Positions 8,460 through 16,956 of a DNA stretch of 27,922 nucleotides are shown piece by piece. Under the pieces are notes generated by a model. That model was given only the letters and a program-made list of their open reading frames with translations. It was not told the DNA's origin and did not search any database. This DNA comes from a virus (lineage: Duplodnaviria > Caudoviricetes), in IMG/VR virus record IMGVR_UViG_3300012921_000075, positions 1 to 27,922 of that record; one strand, written 5' to 3'. Numbering within the stretch: position 1 is the stretch's first letter; the number at the start of each line of letters is the position of its first letter. The translations under genes were made by a program, and so were the position numbers.

Positions 8460-10253
8460 TTAGAACGTAAGAATGGCCGGCTGAGCGTTTGCAGCAATTT
8501 TGTCCAGCTTCTTATCCTGCTTCTTCGCCACTTCCAAATGCTCTTTGGCATCCTTCGCAATGTTCTTCATTGGATCATTGCTGCCGAAGCGGTGACGAAT
8601 GATGCTGTCCCGTGCTTCCTTGCTGCCGAGTTCGGCGGCTGAAGCCAGTTCAACCTTCTTCGGTTCGATCTCGCCAGTCTTTTTGATCTCATCAGACAGC
8701 GTCTTCACCTTGTCCGTTGCGTTGGTTATGCCCTTGGTTGCGGCCGGTGGCAGAAGCTGCTTCTTGCGAAGGTCGCTGAACTCAACAAACTCATCCAGCT
8801 TCTGAGTGCCAATCCGCTTCAGGTCGTCCTGTAGTGCCTTCTCAAAGGCCCCTAGTTCACGCTGCGGAATGTTCGGCAGTGACTTGAGTGTGGAGACAGC
8901 ACCTTCCGTCAGCGGCGTCCAAAGGTCAGTGAAGTCCACTTGGCCCTTGATTAGCTTCGGAAGGTTCTTCAGCACCTTGACGATGTTTTGGCTCAGATTG
9001 ATGAATATGGTCGTGGCGAAGTCAAACATGGTGAAGAGAACGTCACGCCAGTTGTCTGCAAGCCACATCAGCACCGTAGGAATGCGAACGGTGAAGTGGT
9101 GGTGAACTTCGTTCCCGAATTTCACGAGGCCCAACAAAGCACCCTTGAAGGCCACCTCCACAACCGTCTTCCAGTTCCGAATTCCAAACTCCAGCATGAT
9201 TAGGGAGTCCAAGACAAAGTCCCGCATTTGCTCCCAACTCGGCATCCAGCTTCCACTGAACAAGTTGCTGACTTGATTGGCCACCCAAACAATCGATTCC
9301 CACAGCACCGTGAACCGGGCCACAATCACGTTCACCACTTGAATGGCAACCGGCTTGATGAATTCAAAGGCTTCCTTTGTCTGCTTCAGGAATGTCCGAA
9401 TCATGGGCATCACGTTTTCAATCATCCCTGACACACCGGTCATGGCCCCCTTCAAGTCGAAGGTGTCAATGATCGCTGCTCCAATCTCGGTCAAAGCAGT
9501 CTTGAAATTGTCCTGGAGGGTGGACCAAATGCCGGACACCGATTGCGATTGTGCGGCCATCAGTCCTGAGAACTTGCCACCTTCACCAGTCAGACTGTTG
9601 ATGGCCTTCTCAACTTCTGGGAAGCCCACCTTGCCTTCTTCCACAAGCTTCTTCACTTGGCTTTCATTCACACCGAACTGTTTCGCCAGTTCAGCCATCA
9701 GCGGAATGCCTCGTGACGTGAACTGATTCAAGTCTTGCGTATAGAGTCGGCCTTGCACTCGTGTGGTGCCGTATAGGTAGGCAATGTCCTGAAGTGGAAT
9801 GGCAAGGCCAGCACTGAGGTCACCAAGCTTGTTCATGGTTGGGACCAAGTCTTTGCCTGCAACACCAAAGGCCAGAAGCTGCTTGCCGGCGTTCGCAAGT
9901 TCTGGGAACTCAAATGGTGTCTGTGCGGCAAACTTCCGCATGTCGCCAAGGACTTTGTCAGCTTCTGCGGCGGACCCTAACATCACTTTGAAACTGATGG
10001 CCGTTTGCTCGGCATCTGCCGCAAGCTTCAATGGGCCACCAGCAACATTGGCAATGCCGCTGATAATTCCCTTGACGGCCATAGCGGCAAGGCCAACTTG
10101 TGAGAAGAAGGCCAGCACACCCATTCCGCCACCACCACCGCTGCCACCCTTGGACTTGAATCGGTCAAGCTCGTCTGAAACACTGCGGATGGACTTGGTA
10201 GCACCACCCGTGTTCACGCTCATCCCGATTTTCAACATTCCGATTGTGGCCAC
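8460..10253 (-). CDS. Tail tape measure protein
   Basis: FAAQTPFEFPEL, QDLNQFTSRGIP and SGIWSTLQDN tape-measure motifs; follows the tail chaperones. Confidence 0.92.
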   Translation of the reverse strand: MATIGMLKIGMSVNTGGATKSIRSVSDELDRFKSKGGSGGGGGMGVLAFFSQVGLAAMAVKGIISGIANVAGGPLKLAADAEQTAISFKVMLGSAAEADKVLGDMRKFAAQTPFEFPELANAGKQLLAFGVAGKDLVPTMNKLGDLSAGLAIPLQDIAYLYGTTRVQGRLYTQDLNQFTSRGIPLMAELAKQFGVNESQVKKLVEEGKVGFPEVEKAINSLTGEGGKFSGLMAAQSQSVSGIWSTLQDNFKTALTEIGAAIIDTFDLKGAMTGVSGMIENVMPMIRTFLKQTKEAFEFIKPVAIQVVNVIVARFTVLWESIVWVANQVSNLFSGSWMPSWEQMRDFVLDSLIMLEFGIRNWKTVVEVAFKGALLGLVKFGNEVHHHFTVRIPTVLMWLADNWRDVLFTMFDFATTIFINLSQNIVKVLKNLPKLIKGQVDFTDLWTPLTEGAVSTLKSLPNIPQRELGAFEKALQDDLKRIGTQKLDEFVEFSDLRKKQLLPPAATKGITNATDKVKTLSDEIKKTGEIEPKKVELASAAELGSKEARDSIIRHRFGSNDPMKNIAKDAKEHLEVAKKQDKKLDKIAANAQPAILTF

Positions 10254-10260
10254 TGTCCTC

Positions 10261-10572
10261 CTATTTCCGCCGTTGTGCCGCTGCTGCTGCTTTCAGCACT
10301 GACATTTGTTCCGCTGCTGACTGCTTCTTCGCTGTCTTATGCCTTGGGTAGAAGTCAGTGACCTTGCACTTGTTCCCGGCTGCCCGTGCTACGGTGTGGG
10401 CCACCAAGGCACTTCCAAGCCACGGATCGTACAAAGGTTCAATCTGTTCTCTAGCCAGCCACAAACTAAGTTCAGCACTGCTGATGGTGTTCAGCAGTTC
10501 TTCCAGCGTCCTGCCCATGTGAATCGCAAGCCTCATGCAAAACAGTTCAAATGGGCAGGCTTCTAGTTTTTT
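10261..10572 (-). CDS. Tail assembly chaperone, gpT-like -1 frame extension
   Basis: The -1 frame is open from the slippery site through LEACPFELFCMRLAIHMGRTLEELLNTISSAELSLW. Confidence 0.8.
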   Translation of the reverse strand, partial: KKLEACPFELFCMRLAIHMGRTLEELLNTISSAELSLWLAREQIEPLYDPWLGSALVAHTVARAAGNKCKVTDFYPRHKTAKKQSAAEQMSVLKAAAAAQRRK

Positions 10573-10904
10573 GCGAGTTCGTCCACATCGTCTTTGCCCA
10601 TTGCGTTGTGTTTCAGGGCGATGTCAAACAGACGATGCAATGCCTTCACACTCTTCTTTTGCAGTTCGCCGATGTCCTTCGGATAATCGAACAGCAAAGT
10701 GCCTGACGTGTCGCAAAGGGTGGCACAGACAACACGGGCCAAAGCTGGACCGTCAGTCTTGGTGTCCTTTGACAAGTCCTTCTCAAGCTGAAGACGTTCA
10801 GCACCGCTAAGGCTTTTGATGTAAACGGTGCAATCCCATTCCGGGACTTCTACGGGATACACGGGCAAGTCCTGTGCATCCATGATGCGTTGTTTAAGAT
10901 TCAT
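10563..10904 (-). CDS. Tail assembly chaperone, gpG-like
   Basis: VEVPEWDCTVYIKSLSGAER motif, ends in AKN, and sits between tail tube and tape measure. Confidence 0.85.
   Translation of the reverse strand: MNLKQRIMDAQDLPVYPVEVPEWDCTVYIKSLSGAERLQLEKDLSKDTKTDGPALARVVCATLCDTSGTLLFDYPKDIGELQKKSVKALHRLFDIALKHNAMGKDDVDELAKN
10566..10572 (-). promoter_or_regulatory. Programmed -1 frameshift slippery heptamer A AAA AAC
   Basis: GCA AAA AAC TAG ends the gpG-like ORF; X XXY YYZ pattern at the canonical position. Confidence 0.85.
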
Positions 10905-10915
10905 TTGGTTCCTTT

Positions 10916-11329
10916 TTATGCCGCTCCGGCGTAGGTAATGAGTGTGGTCAGCTTCACTTCCACGTCAGCACTCTTATTGCTGTTCACTTCCATGCCGTTC
11001 TGTTCATAGCTGGTGACAAAGCCCTGGAATGTTGCGGTGTTGCCATCCGCATCTTCCACTTCCCAGAAAAGAATTGCAGCATTCGTGGAACTATCACGAA
11101 TGAGTTCGTGTTGTGTGTTGTCTGTCAAAAGGTACAGATTGAAGGTCAGGCTGCCTGGATCAGGCAGACGGCTAGGCCGAGTTTCCTTCAAAATCGAATC
11201 GAGTGAATAGGAGTCAACCGCTTCCTGTTCAGTCGGGCCTAAGTCGATGCTGTTGACCTTTGCGACCGCTGCCACAGTGGACGTGGTGCCCACTTTTAGA
11301 ATTGTTCCTTCACCGGGAATAACTGCCAT
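10916..11329 (-). CDS. Major tail tube protein
   Basis: GEGTILKV, LPDPGSLTF and ATFQGFVTSY motifs, plus position. Confidence 0.85.
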   Translation of the reverse strand: MAVIPGEGTILKVGTTSTVAAVAKVNSIDLGPTEQEAVDSYSLDSILKETRPSRLPDPGSLTFNLYLLTDNTQHELIRDSSTNAAILFWEVEDADGNTATFQGFVTSYEQNGMEVNSNKSADVEVKLTTLITYAGAA

Positions 11330-11333
11330 GTTT

Positions 11334-11367
11334 GATACCTCACATAAGGGTGGTGTGAGGTATCTAT
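11334..11367 (-). promoter_or_regulatory. nTAnATA motif overlapping an 11-bp SD-sequestering hairpin
   Basis: Perfect inverted repeat gatacctcaca (11334-11344) / tgtgaggtatc (11354-11364); ATAGATA on the minus strand at 11367-11361. Confidence 0.65.
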
Positions 11368-11385
11368 CCAGTGGCTTCGCAAAAA

Positions 11386-11808
11386 TTAGTTAGGTGTTGG
11401 GACGGTCTCGGCGTACTTGATTCGCCAGTCCTGTGTTCTGCGATAAAGCCAAGTATCTGAGGCGTCTGTTGGGGCCTCGTGCATGTCGCCATCATTCAGC
11501 AGTGTGATAAACGCCACCGAAGTTCCTTCCATGTCGCCCCTGAAGCCATGAAGGGCTTGTCTGACTGCTTCTGCCAATTCCAAGGCTGTGTTCAGTGAAC
11601 CCTTAGACCAGCAGTCAATCTGGACCCTGGCGTAGCACATGCCGGCGGCTTCCGTCAGTGTGTGATCGTGGCTCGTGCTGATCCTTTGGAATGTCAGCAC
11701 CGGGAAGGTGTTCTGGCCTTGCGGCAAGTGGTGCGGATAAATCCGGTCGCCAACTAGGTCAGTGATCGCAGTGACCGAGAACAGATAGTCATTTAGGGAT
11801 GAGTCCAT
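11386..11808 (-). CDS. Tail terminator/completion protein (DUF3168, gp17-like)
   Basis: LVGDRIYP...FPVLTF...ARVQIDCWS motifs. Confidence 0.85.
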   Translation of the reverse strand: MDSSLNDYLFSVTAITDLVGDRIYPHHLPQGQNTFPVLTFQRISTSHDHTLTEAAGMCYARVQIDCWSKGSLNTALELAEAVRQALHGFRGDMEGTSVAFITLLNDGDMHEAPTDASDTWLYRRTQDWRIKYAETVPTPN

Positions 11809-11819
11809 GCCCTATGTAG

Positions 11820-12215
11820 CTACTTCGTTTGTTCTTTCACGATCTCCCAAAGCCTCTTGATGGCGTCTGCCTTGGCCTCGTCACCTTGCTCGTCATAGGC
11901 TTTCCGTAAGTAGCCCTTTGGCGGCATTTTGCTGGTGCCATATTCCTGGGCTGCCCCATACCACGTATCGCCTTTGAAGTCACCTTCGCCGATTTGAACG
12001 TCGATGCCGATGAACTTCGTACTTCGCTTGGCTGCCCTGACTTTGATGGACTGGGCCAAGGCCCCGGTGTCCTTTGGGGCTGCTTCAGAAGCTGCCTTAG
12101 CAACTGGCTTCATGGCTGGACGCATGGCCTTCCTAAGGGCCTTCTTCTGGATCGACACCGGAAGCTGCTTCAGAACTTTGTTCACCTCGTCAACATCGAC
12201 CTTCACATCAGCCAT
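11820..12215 (-). CDS. HK97 gp10-family neck/tail protein
   Basis: APKDTGALAQSI and EYGTSKMPPKGYLRKA motifs. Confidence 0.9.
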   Translation of the reverse strand: MADVKVDVDEVNKVLKQLPVSIQKKALRKAMRPAMKPVAKAASEAAPKDTGALAQSIKVRAAKRSTKFIGIDVQIGEGDFKGDTWYGAAQEYGTSKMPPKGYLRKAYDEQGDEAKADAIKRLWEIVKEQTK

Positions 12216-12222
12216 AGGTTCC

Positions 12223-12537
12223 TTAGTTGGTTTCCTTGGCCAAGACGATCAGTTCAATGTTCCGTTCTTCCACGTTGTTCACGTCCAAGATTTCGAAGGT
12301 TCGTCCGTTGAACAGAAGACGATCCTTCACACCCAAGGTGGCGAAGTAGCGGAATCGGAACTCGAATTCAGCTTCAGCGTGAATTTGCTTGGCCCGTTCC
12401 ACTTCTCGGCCATACAGCTTCTTCATGCCGCCCCAGATCGTGGCCACGGTGGCGAACGTGGTCACCGTATCGAGGCCATTCCGGGTGCTGGTGCCTTGCT
12501 GGTGGCTTATGCGGTGTCGCAACTTCCCACTAAACAT
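12223..12537 (-). CDS. Head closure protein (SPP1 gp16-like)
   Basis: GKLRHRI, ATIWG and GRTFEILDV motifs. Confidence 0.88.
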   Translation of the reverse strand: MFSGKLRHRISHQQGTSTRNGLDTVTTFATVATIWGGMKKLYGREVERAKQIHAEAEFEFRFRYFATLGVKDRLLFNGRTFEILDVNNVEERNIELIVLAKETN

Positions 12538-13096
12538 AGGGCCTCCACTGAATCTGCTTCAGCAGCCGCTGAACACCAAGTTCCACTTGCTTGGTCGCTG
12601 TGGTGACTTCGCCTTCACGAAGCTCGTTCCACGTTCCGCAAAGCATCAGAATGGCCCGTCTGACTTGCGGTGGCGGTGTCGCATTCCCTGAGACGTACCG
12701 CACAATTACGGCGTCTGATCTCTGGAAAGTGTCCGGCCAAGTCGTTTCCGCCGTCGGTTCGATCCAGCCCGGCTGAGAATGTGGAGCATAGGAGACAAAG
12801 CCAGTGAAGTTCTCCACCAACACGTTGTCTGAATCGTAATACTTCACACTCGTCACACTCTGAAGTGGCGGGAATGGAAGTTCGATCTGGTGACAAGGAA
12901 AGCAGCAAAGAACACGTTCCCTCGTCTGTGTAATGAAGCTTCGGCCGGTCTCGGCTTCACAAAAAGCGGTTGCATCCTCCAGCATGTCCGTCAAACGGTC
13001 GTCATGGTCGGTGCCGTCAATCGCTAAGTGTGCCTTCAGTTCGGCAAGTGTCACCGGGAAGGACGATGCCGGCGTAATGAGTTTGTTGTAGGCCAT
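12530..13096 (-). CDS. Head-tail connector protein (HK97 gp6 / SPP1 gp15-like)
   Basis: PVTLAELKAHLAID, IELPFPPLQSVTSVKYYD and RRAILML motifs. Confidence 0.9.
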   Translation of the reverse strand: MAYNKLITPASSFPVTLAELKAHLAIDGTDHDDRLTDMLEDATAFCEAETGRSFITQTRERVLCCFPCHQIELPFPPLQSVTSVKYYDSDNVLVENFTGFVSYAPHSQPGWIEPTAETTWPDTFQRSDAVIVRYVSGNATPPPQVRRAILMLCGTWNELREGEVTTATKQVELGVQRLLKQIQWRPYV

Positions 13097-13099
13097 GAA

Positions 13100-13333
13100 C
13101 TATCTATCCCACTCCTTCACAATCCTCGTGTCTTCGTACAAACCGTGGTGGTAGAGGGCATTTATCATGTTGCTTCGGTTCCTGATGCCTTCTGCCAACC
13201 GCTCGGCCTTGGCTTTGTTCATCGGCGTAGGGTTTTCCAAAAGTGCTAGAACCTGGCTTTGCAGAATCTCGATTTGCCGGCTGATTCGTTCGATTTGTTT
13301 CTGGTGCATAGCTTTGAAGAAGTGTGGGCGCAT
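13100..13333 (-). CDS. Hypothetical helical protein (start uncertain)
   Basis: Fills the gap between the capsid terminator and the connector gene; no motif recognised. Confidence 0.45.
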   Translation of the reverse strand: MRPHFFKAMHQKQIERISRQIEILQSQVLALLENPTPMNKAKAERLAEGIRNRSNMINALYHHGLYEDTRIVKEWDR

Positions 13334-13371
13334 AAAAAAGGCCACGAGGACGACTTGACACTCGTGGCCTT
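13334..13371 (-). terminator. Intrinsic terminator after major capsid gene
   Basis: 11-bp stem aaggccacgag / ctcgtggcctt running into a T6 tract on the minus strand. Confidence 0.8.
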
Positions 13372-13406
13372 ATGCACACTCCTTGCGGAGTGTTGCAGAT
13401 CATGGA

Positions 13407-14702
13407 TTAGTCGCCTGACAGCGTACCGGTGCCGAGATACATCAGCGGATTGTCACCGGCGTTGACGGTGTTGCTGTCCACAAGCTGGTAGGCAGCGAAG
13501 AAGACCGACAACGTGTCAACCAGTCGGCTGTCGTCACGGATCAACTGTGGCGAACCAACAAAGCGGACCTTGTGTGCCGAGAAGTCACCAGCAACGATGG
13601 CCTTGCGTGCCTGACCAGAGGCCATTTGGGGCATCCAGTTCGAAGTCACGAAGGGCTTGCCTCGCATCGAATCGGTTGGTGCCGAGTTCAGATCAACACC
13701 CCATTCACGAATGCCACTGGTGGCGTCCACGAGGCTGTTTTCCAGACTCTCCACCGTGTTATCGTGGCCCACGAAGGCGAAGTTCGGGCTGTTACGGTGT
13801 ACCGGGTCAATGCTGTACCAGAACGCACGGATGTCGTCTGGAGTCAAATTGTTGCTAAGGCCGGTGTGACCAAGAACCACGTTCTGGAGGAAACCGGTCG
13901 GCTTGGCTGTACCGTCTGCACTCGTGATGTCTCGCAGAATCGTCCGGCGAAGACGTGTGCCCATCGTCTTGTTGAGGTGGGCCAACACGTTGGTGTTGGG
14001 GTTCAACAGATAGCCAATGCTCACCGGATGGATGGCAGTGGTCACCATGTGGTCATTCAGCGTAACACGGTCATACGTCACACCGGTCTGTGTCAAAGCC
14101 ACGTTCTGCTTCTTGTAAGCACCGTAGGTGCCGGTGTCATCGCTGGTGGCGAAGTGAATCGGCTGCTGCGAATGCTCAATCGGGCTGTTGATGATGTCGC
14201 AATACTGAAGAACTGAACCTTCCCAAGCCTTGGCCTCGACCAGTGCCTGAAACACGGAACCATTCAGCAGTTCTTCACCTTCATGATTGGTGGTGTCGGT
14301 GCTCTGGGCACGGCAGAAGAACTCCTGCGATTCCCAGTTGCAATCAACGAGTTCACAAGACCGCTTCCAAGAGTCCTGAACGTGGATTCGCTGGTGGCCG
14401 TGGAACATCCAAGCCAGAATGGCGTTGTCGATGTCCTTGCGGTTGGCTTCCCGCTTCACCTTGACGGTGGGGGCACCGAAGACCGGTGACTTCTTGCTCC
14501 CAAGCATCGACTTGATTCGTTCGCTGCGTGAGAACTGTTCTTCTTGCTTCTGCAAGAACTCAAGACGGTCAGCACCTTCTTCGCTCCGCTTGAACTCTTC
14601 ATCACTCCACACTTCACCGGCTTCCACCTTGGCATTCAAGGTCTTCAGATCGCTGGTGATGGTCTTAATTTCTTCCCGAACTGCTTGTAGGTCTGCATTC
14701 AT
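13407..14702 (-). CDS. HK97-family major capsid protein
   Basis: N-terminal coiled-coil delta domain; ADGTAKPTGF, RGKPFVTSNWMP and IVAGDFS motifs; follows the protease. Confidence 0.9.
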   Translation of the reverse strand: MNADLQAVREEIKTITSDLKTLNAKVEAGEVWSDEEFKRSEEGADRLEFLQKQEEQFSRSERIKSMLGSKKSPVFGAPTVKVKREANRKDIDNAILAWMFHGHQRIHVQDSWKRSCELVDCNWESQEFFCRAQSTDTTNHEGEELLNGSVFQALVEAKAWEGSVLQYCDIINSPIEHSQQPIHFATSDDTGTYGAYKKQNVALTQTGVTYDRVTLNDHMVTTAIHPVSIGYLLNPNTNVLAHLNKTMGTRLRRTILRDITSADGTAKPTGFLQNVVLGHTGLSNNLTPDDIRAFWYSIDPVHRNSPNFAFVGHDNTVESLENSLVDATSGIREWGVDLNSAPTDSMRGKPFVTSNWMPQMASGQARKAIVAGDFSAHKVRFVGSPQLIRDDSRLVDTLSVFFAAYQLVDSNTVNAGDNPLMYLGTGTLSGD

Positions 14703-14778
14703 TGGTCCTCAATTTCTGTGTTTATCTTATAGACGTTGCTCCTTCGGGAGACTTGGATGGTGGCCTTTGGGCCGTGAT

Positions 14779-15384
14779 CTATTTAGAGTGGCGGGCCATA
14801 ATTTCTTTGGACCGCTGAACTCGTTTGTATGTTTCTTCCCACAGATCGATCTCGGCTCGGCTGATGTTCGCTGTGGTGGCCTTGTAAGCCGGATTGTGGA
14901 CGATGCTGAAGTCTTTGATTCTTTTGACCTTTGACACGATGCTGTAGAACCGGCCATCTTTGCCACGGTGCTTGGTTGCTGTTCCGTCACCCTGAAAGCT
15001 TCCACCTTTGATGAAGTGCTTTCGCAGCTTCGCCAACACGTTCAGGTGAACGGGGTCTTCTCGGTCAACCGGTGCCTTGAACTTGATGCCTTTCTCATCA
15101 CGTCGGAAAGTCACCGTTCCGGTTGCCGTGCTTCCAATTACGTGGCTGGAATTGTGCTCGTAAAGAAGTGGAATGTCTTGCTGTGTCGCCAGTGCGTTAT
15201 CGAATGCTTCTTCCATGACGTGTTCAATCACTCCGCCGGGAAGCTTGTATTCGGTGCCCGGCGTTCCGTCATAGAACACCACGGCGTAGCCCTCTAGGAA
15301 CTCTTGGCCGTCGTTCTCACTGCGGATCAGTGTGACTGGTGCCTCATAAATCAGTTCAAGGTCTTTGTGACTCGTTAGCTCCAT
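14779..15384 (-). CDS. HK97-family prohead protease
   Basis: LEGYAVVF, LLYEHN, GGSFQG and FSIVHNPAY motifs; ATG at 15384 overlaps the portal end. Confidence 0.9.
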   Translation of the reverse strand: MELTSHKDLELIYEAPVTLIRSENDGQEFLEGYAVVFYDGTPGTEYKLPGGVIEHVMEEAFDNALATQQDIPLLYEHNSSHVIGSTATGTVTFRRDEKGIKFKAPVDREDPVHLNVLAKLRKHFIKGGSFQGDGTATKHRGKDGRFYSIVSKVKRIKDFSIVHNPAYKATTANISRAEIDLWEETYKRVQRSKEIMARHSK

Positions 15385-16940
15385 AGCTTCACCGCCAATT
15401 CTGTTGTGTCCCACTTCGAAAGCACCTCTGGCCGTTGTTCCGGCAACACTGCCTCGAACTCTTGCCTGAAACTATCTAGGGACTCCAGCACCAAAGCTGT
15501 ATCCAGTCCTTCCAAGGACTCTTCAATGGCTGCAATCTCGATCTGGCCAGACTTGGCGAACCTTCGCTTCAGTCGTTCCAAGACGTTCGTTGTCAGCTTC
15601 ACAGACTTGTCCAAGGAATCAGAACGAGTGACTTCCATGTTCACTTCCTGCGTCTCGTTCTGATCCTTGGCCGGATCGATCTCGGCCACCGGTGCTGGTG
15701 GAACTGGTGCCGGCGGCGGTTCTGGATGTTGGCTGTCTGGTGCATCCCACGCCACGACATTGGACGGAAGAACGTAGGTGCCCTTCCGCTTGGTTGGCAT
15801 GTTGGATAGCTGCCTCGTCTCTTCAAATGACCTTCGGCCGGACAAGAACTGCTTCTCTTCAAGTGCATCCTGTAGTTCAGGGTTCGCCTGATGAATCGCC
15901 TTGCGGTTGAATTCGATGTAGTGGGTTTTTCGCTCCTGTCTCGTCAGCAGTTTGGCGGAAAGTTCGTTTTCAACGTTGCTGAAGATGGCGTCATAGGTGT
16001 CTGACAGCACGGCCAAGTTCTCTTCAGCTAGTGATCCATAGCTTGCCGAGTCTCTGATGCCGATTTTGTTTCCTGGAAGTCCCAAAACCACGGCCTTGTC
16101 TCGGTTGCTGTTGTTCTGGGCCTCTGACCACTGGGCTTCCTCGTTGTTGATTGGCAGACTTTCAAGTTCTGCATTGCCGAACAAGGTCAACATCTTGTGA
16201 CTGTTGGCCAATCCCTCGTGCCATGCCTGAACCTGGGTCTTCAGTTCTTCTTTTTGCTCCGGTGTCAGCCACTGCGGGATTCGCAAGACCTTGTTGATGT
16301 GGCTGCCGTGCTTGAAATAGATGCAACCATACTTTGTGATCGCAGAACCAAGGCCGAAGTTGTTTTTCATCGTCGAAACAACGTCAACACCCTCCGTTCC
16401 GTCACCAAGTGCTAGGTCTCGGACGTGCAAAATGTCCTGACTCGGAAACACAATTGGGCCATTCGTGGTGTTCACGGCGTAGTAGAGGCCCACAAGACGG
16501 CCTTCTTCGTACTCAAACGTTGGAAACACCGCCCGATTGTCCACGTTGTGGAGGGCCACCGGATCAAAGCTGAAGTCTCGTTCAATGATGCCAACGGCGT
16601 TGCCATAGCAAAGGTCAGCACCGAAGGCTTGGAAGAACTGGAAGCTGGTCGTGAACGGGTTTGCCATGCCGTTCAGAAGCTCATAGACGATGTGTTCACG
16701 GTCCTTCTCTCGGCCATCGTCTGGAAGATGCTTGAACAGAGGCTTCGGCACCTTGGCCAGCGTGTTCGCAATCAGTTTCACGCCTCGATACCAACTCGGT
16801 TGACCGAGAACCGATTCCTTCGTCACGGATTCGCCCGTGTCGGACCGATTTGAATGGCCGTTCAGGGTCGTCATCAGCGACATGTCAGCCGGATAGTAGT
16901 TCCGCTGGTCTGTGATCTGTTTCGGGGGGATATGAACCAT
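15375..16940 (-). CDS. HK97-family portal protein
   Basis: IANTLAKVP, ANPFTT, YGNA and ILHVRD motifs; start 16940 supported by CTACATA-CCGT-ATG. Confidence 0.92.
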   Translation of the reverse strand: MVHIPPKQITDQRNYYPADMSLMTTLNGHSNRSDTGESVTKESVLGQPSWYRGVKLIANTLAKVPKPLFKHLPDDGREKDREHIVYELLNGMANPFTTSFQFFQAFGADLCYGNAVGIIERDFSFDPVALHNVDNRAVFPTFEYEEGRLVGLYYAVNTTNGPIVFPSQDILHVRDLALGDGTEGVDVVSTMKNNFGLGSAITKYGCIYFKHGSHINKVLRIPQWLTPEQKEELKTQVQAWHEGLANSHKMLTLFGNAELESLPINNEEAQWSEAQNNSNRDKAVVLGLPGNKIGIRDSASYGSLAEENLAVLSDTYDAIFSNVENELSAKLLTRQERKTHYIEFNRKAIHQANPELQDALEEKQFLSGRRSFEETRQLSNMPTKRKGTYVLPSNVVAWDAPDSQHPEPPPAPVPPAPVAEIDPAKDQNETQEVNMEVTRSDSLDKSVKLTTNVLERLKRRFAKSGQIEIAAIEESLEGLDTALVLESLDSFRQEFEAVLPEQRPEVLSKWDTTELAVKLWS

Positions 16941-16956
16941 ACGGTATGTAGCCTTG

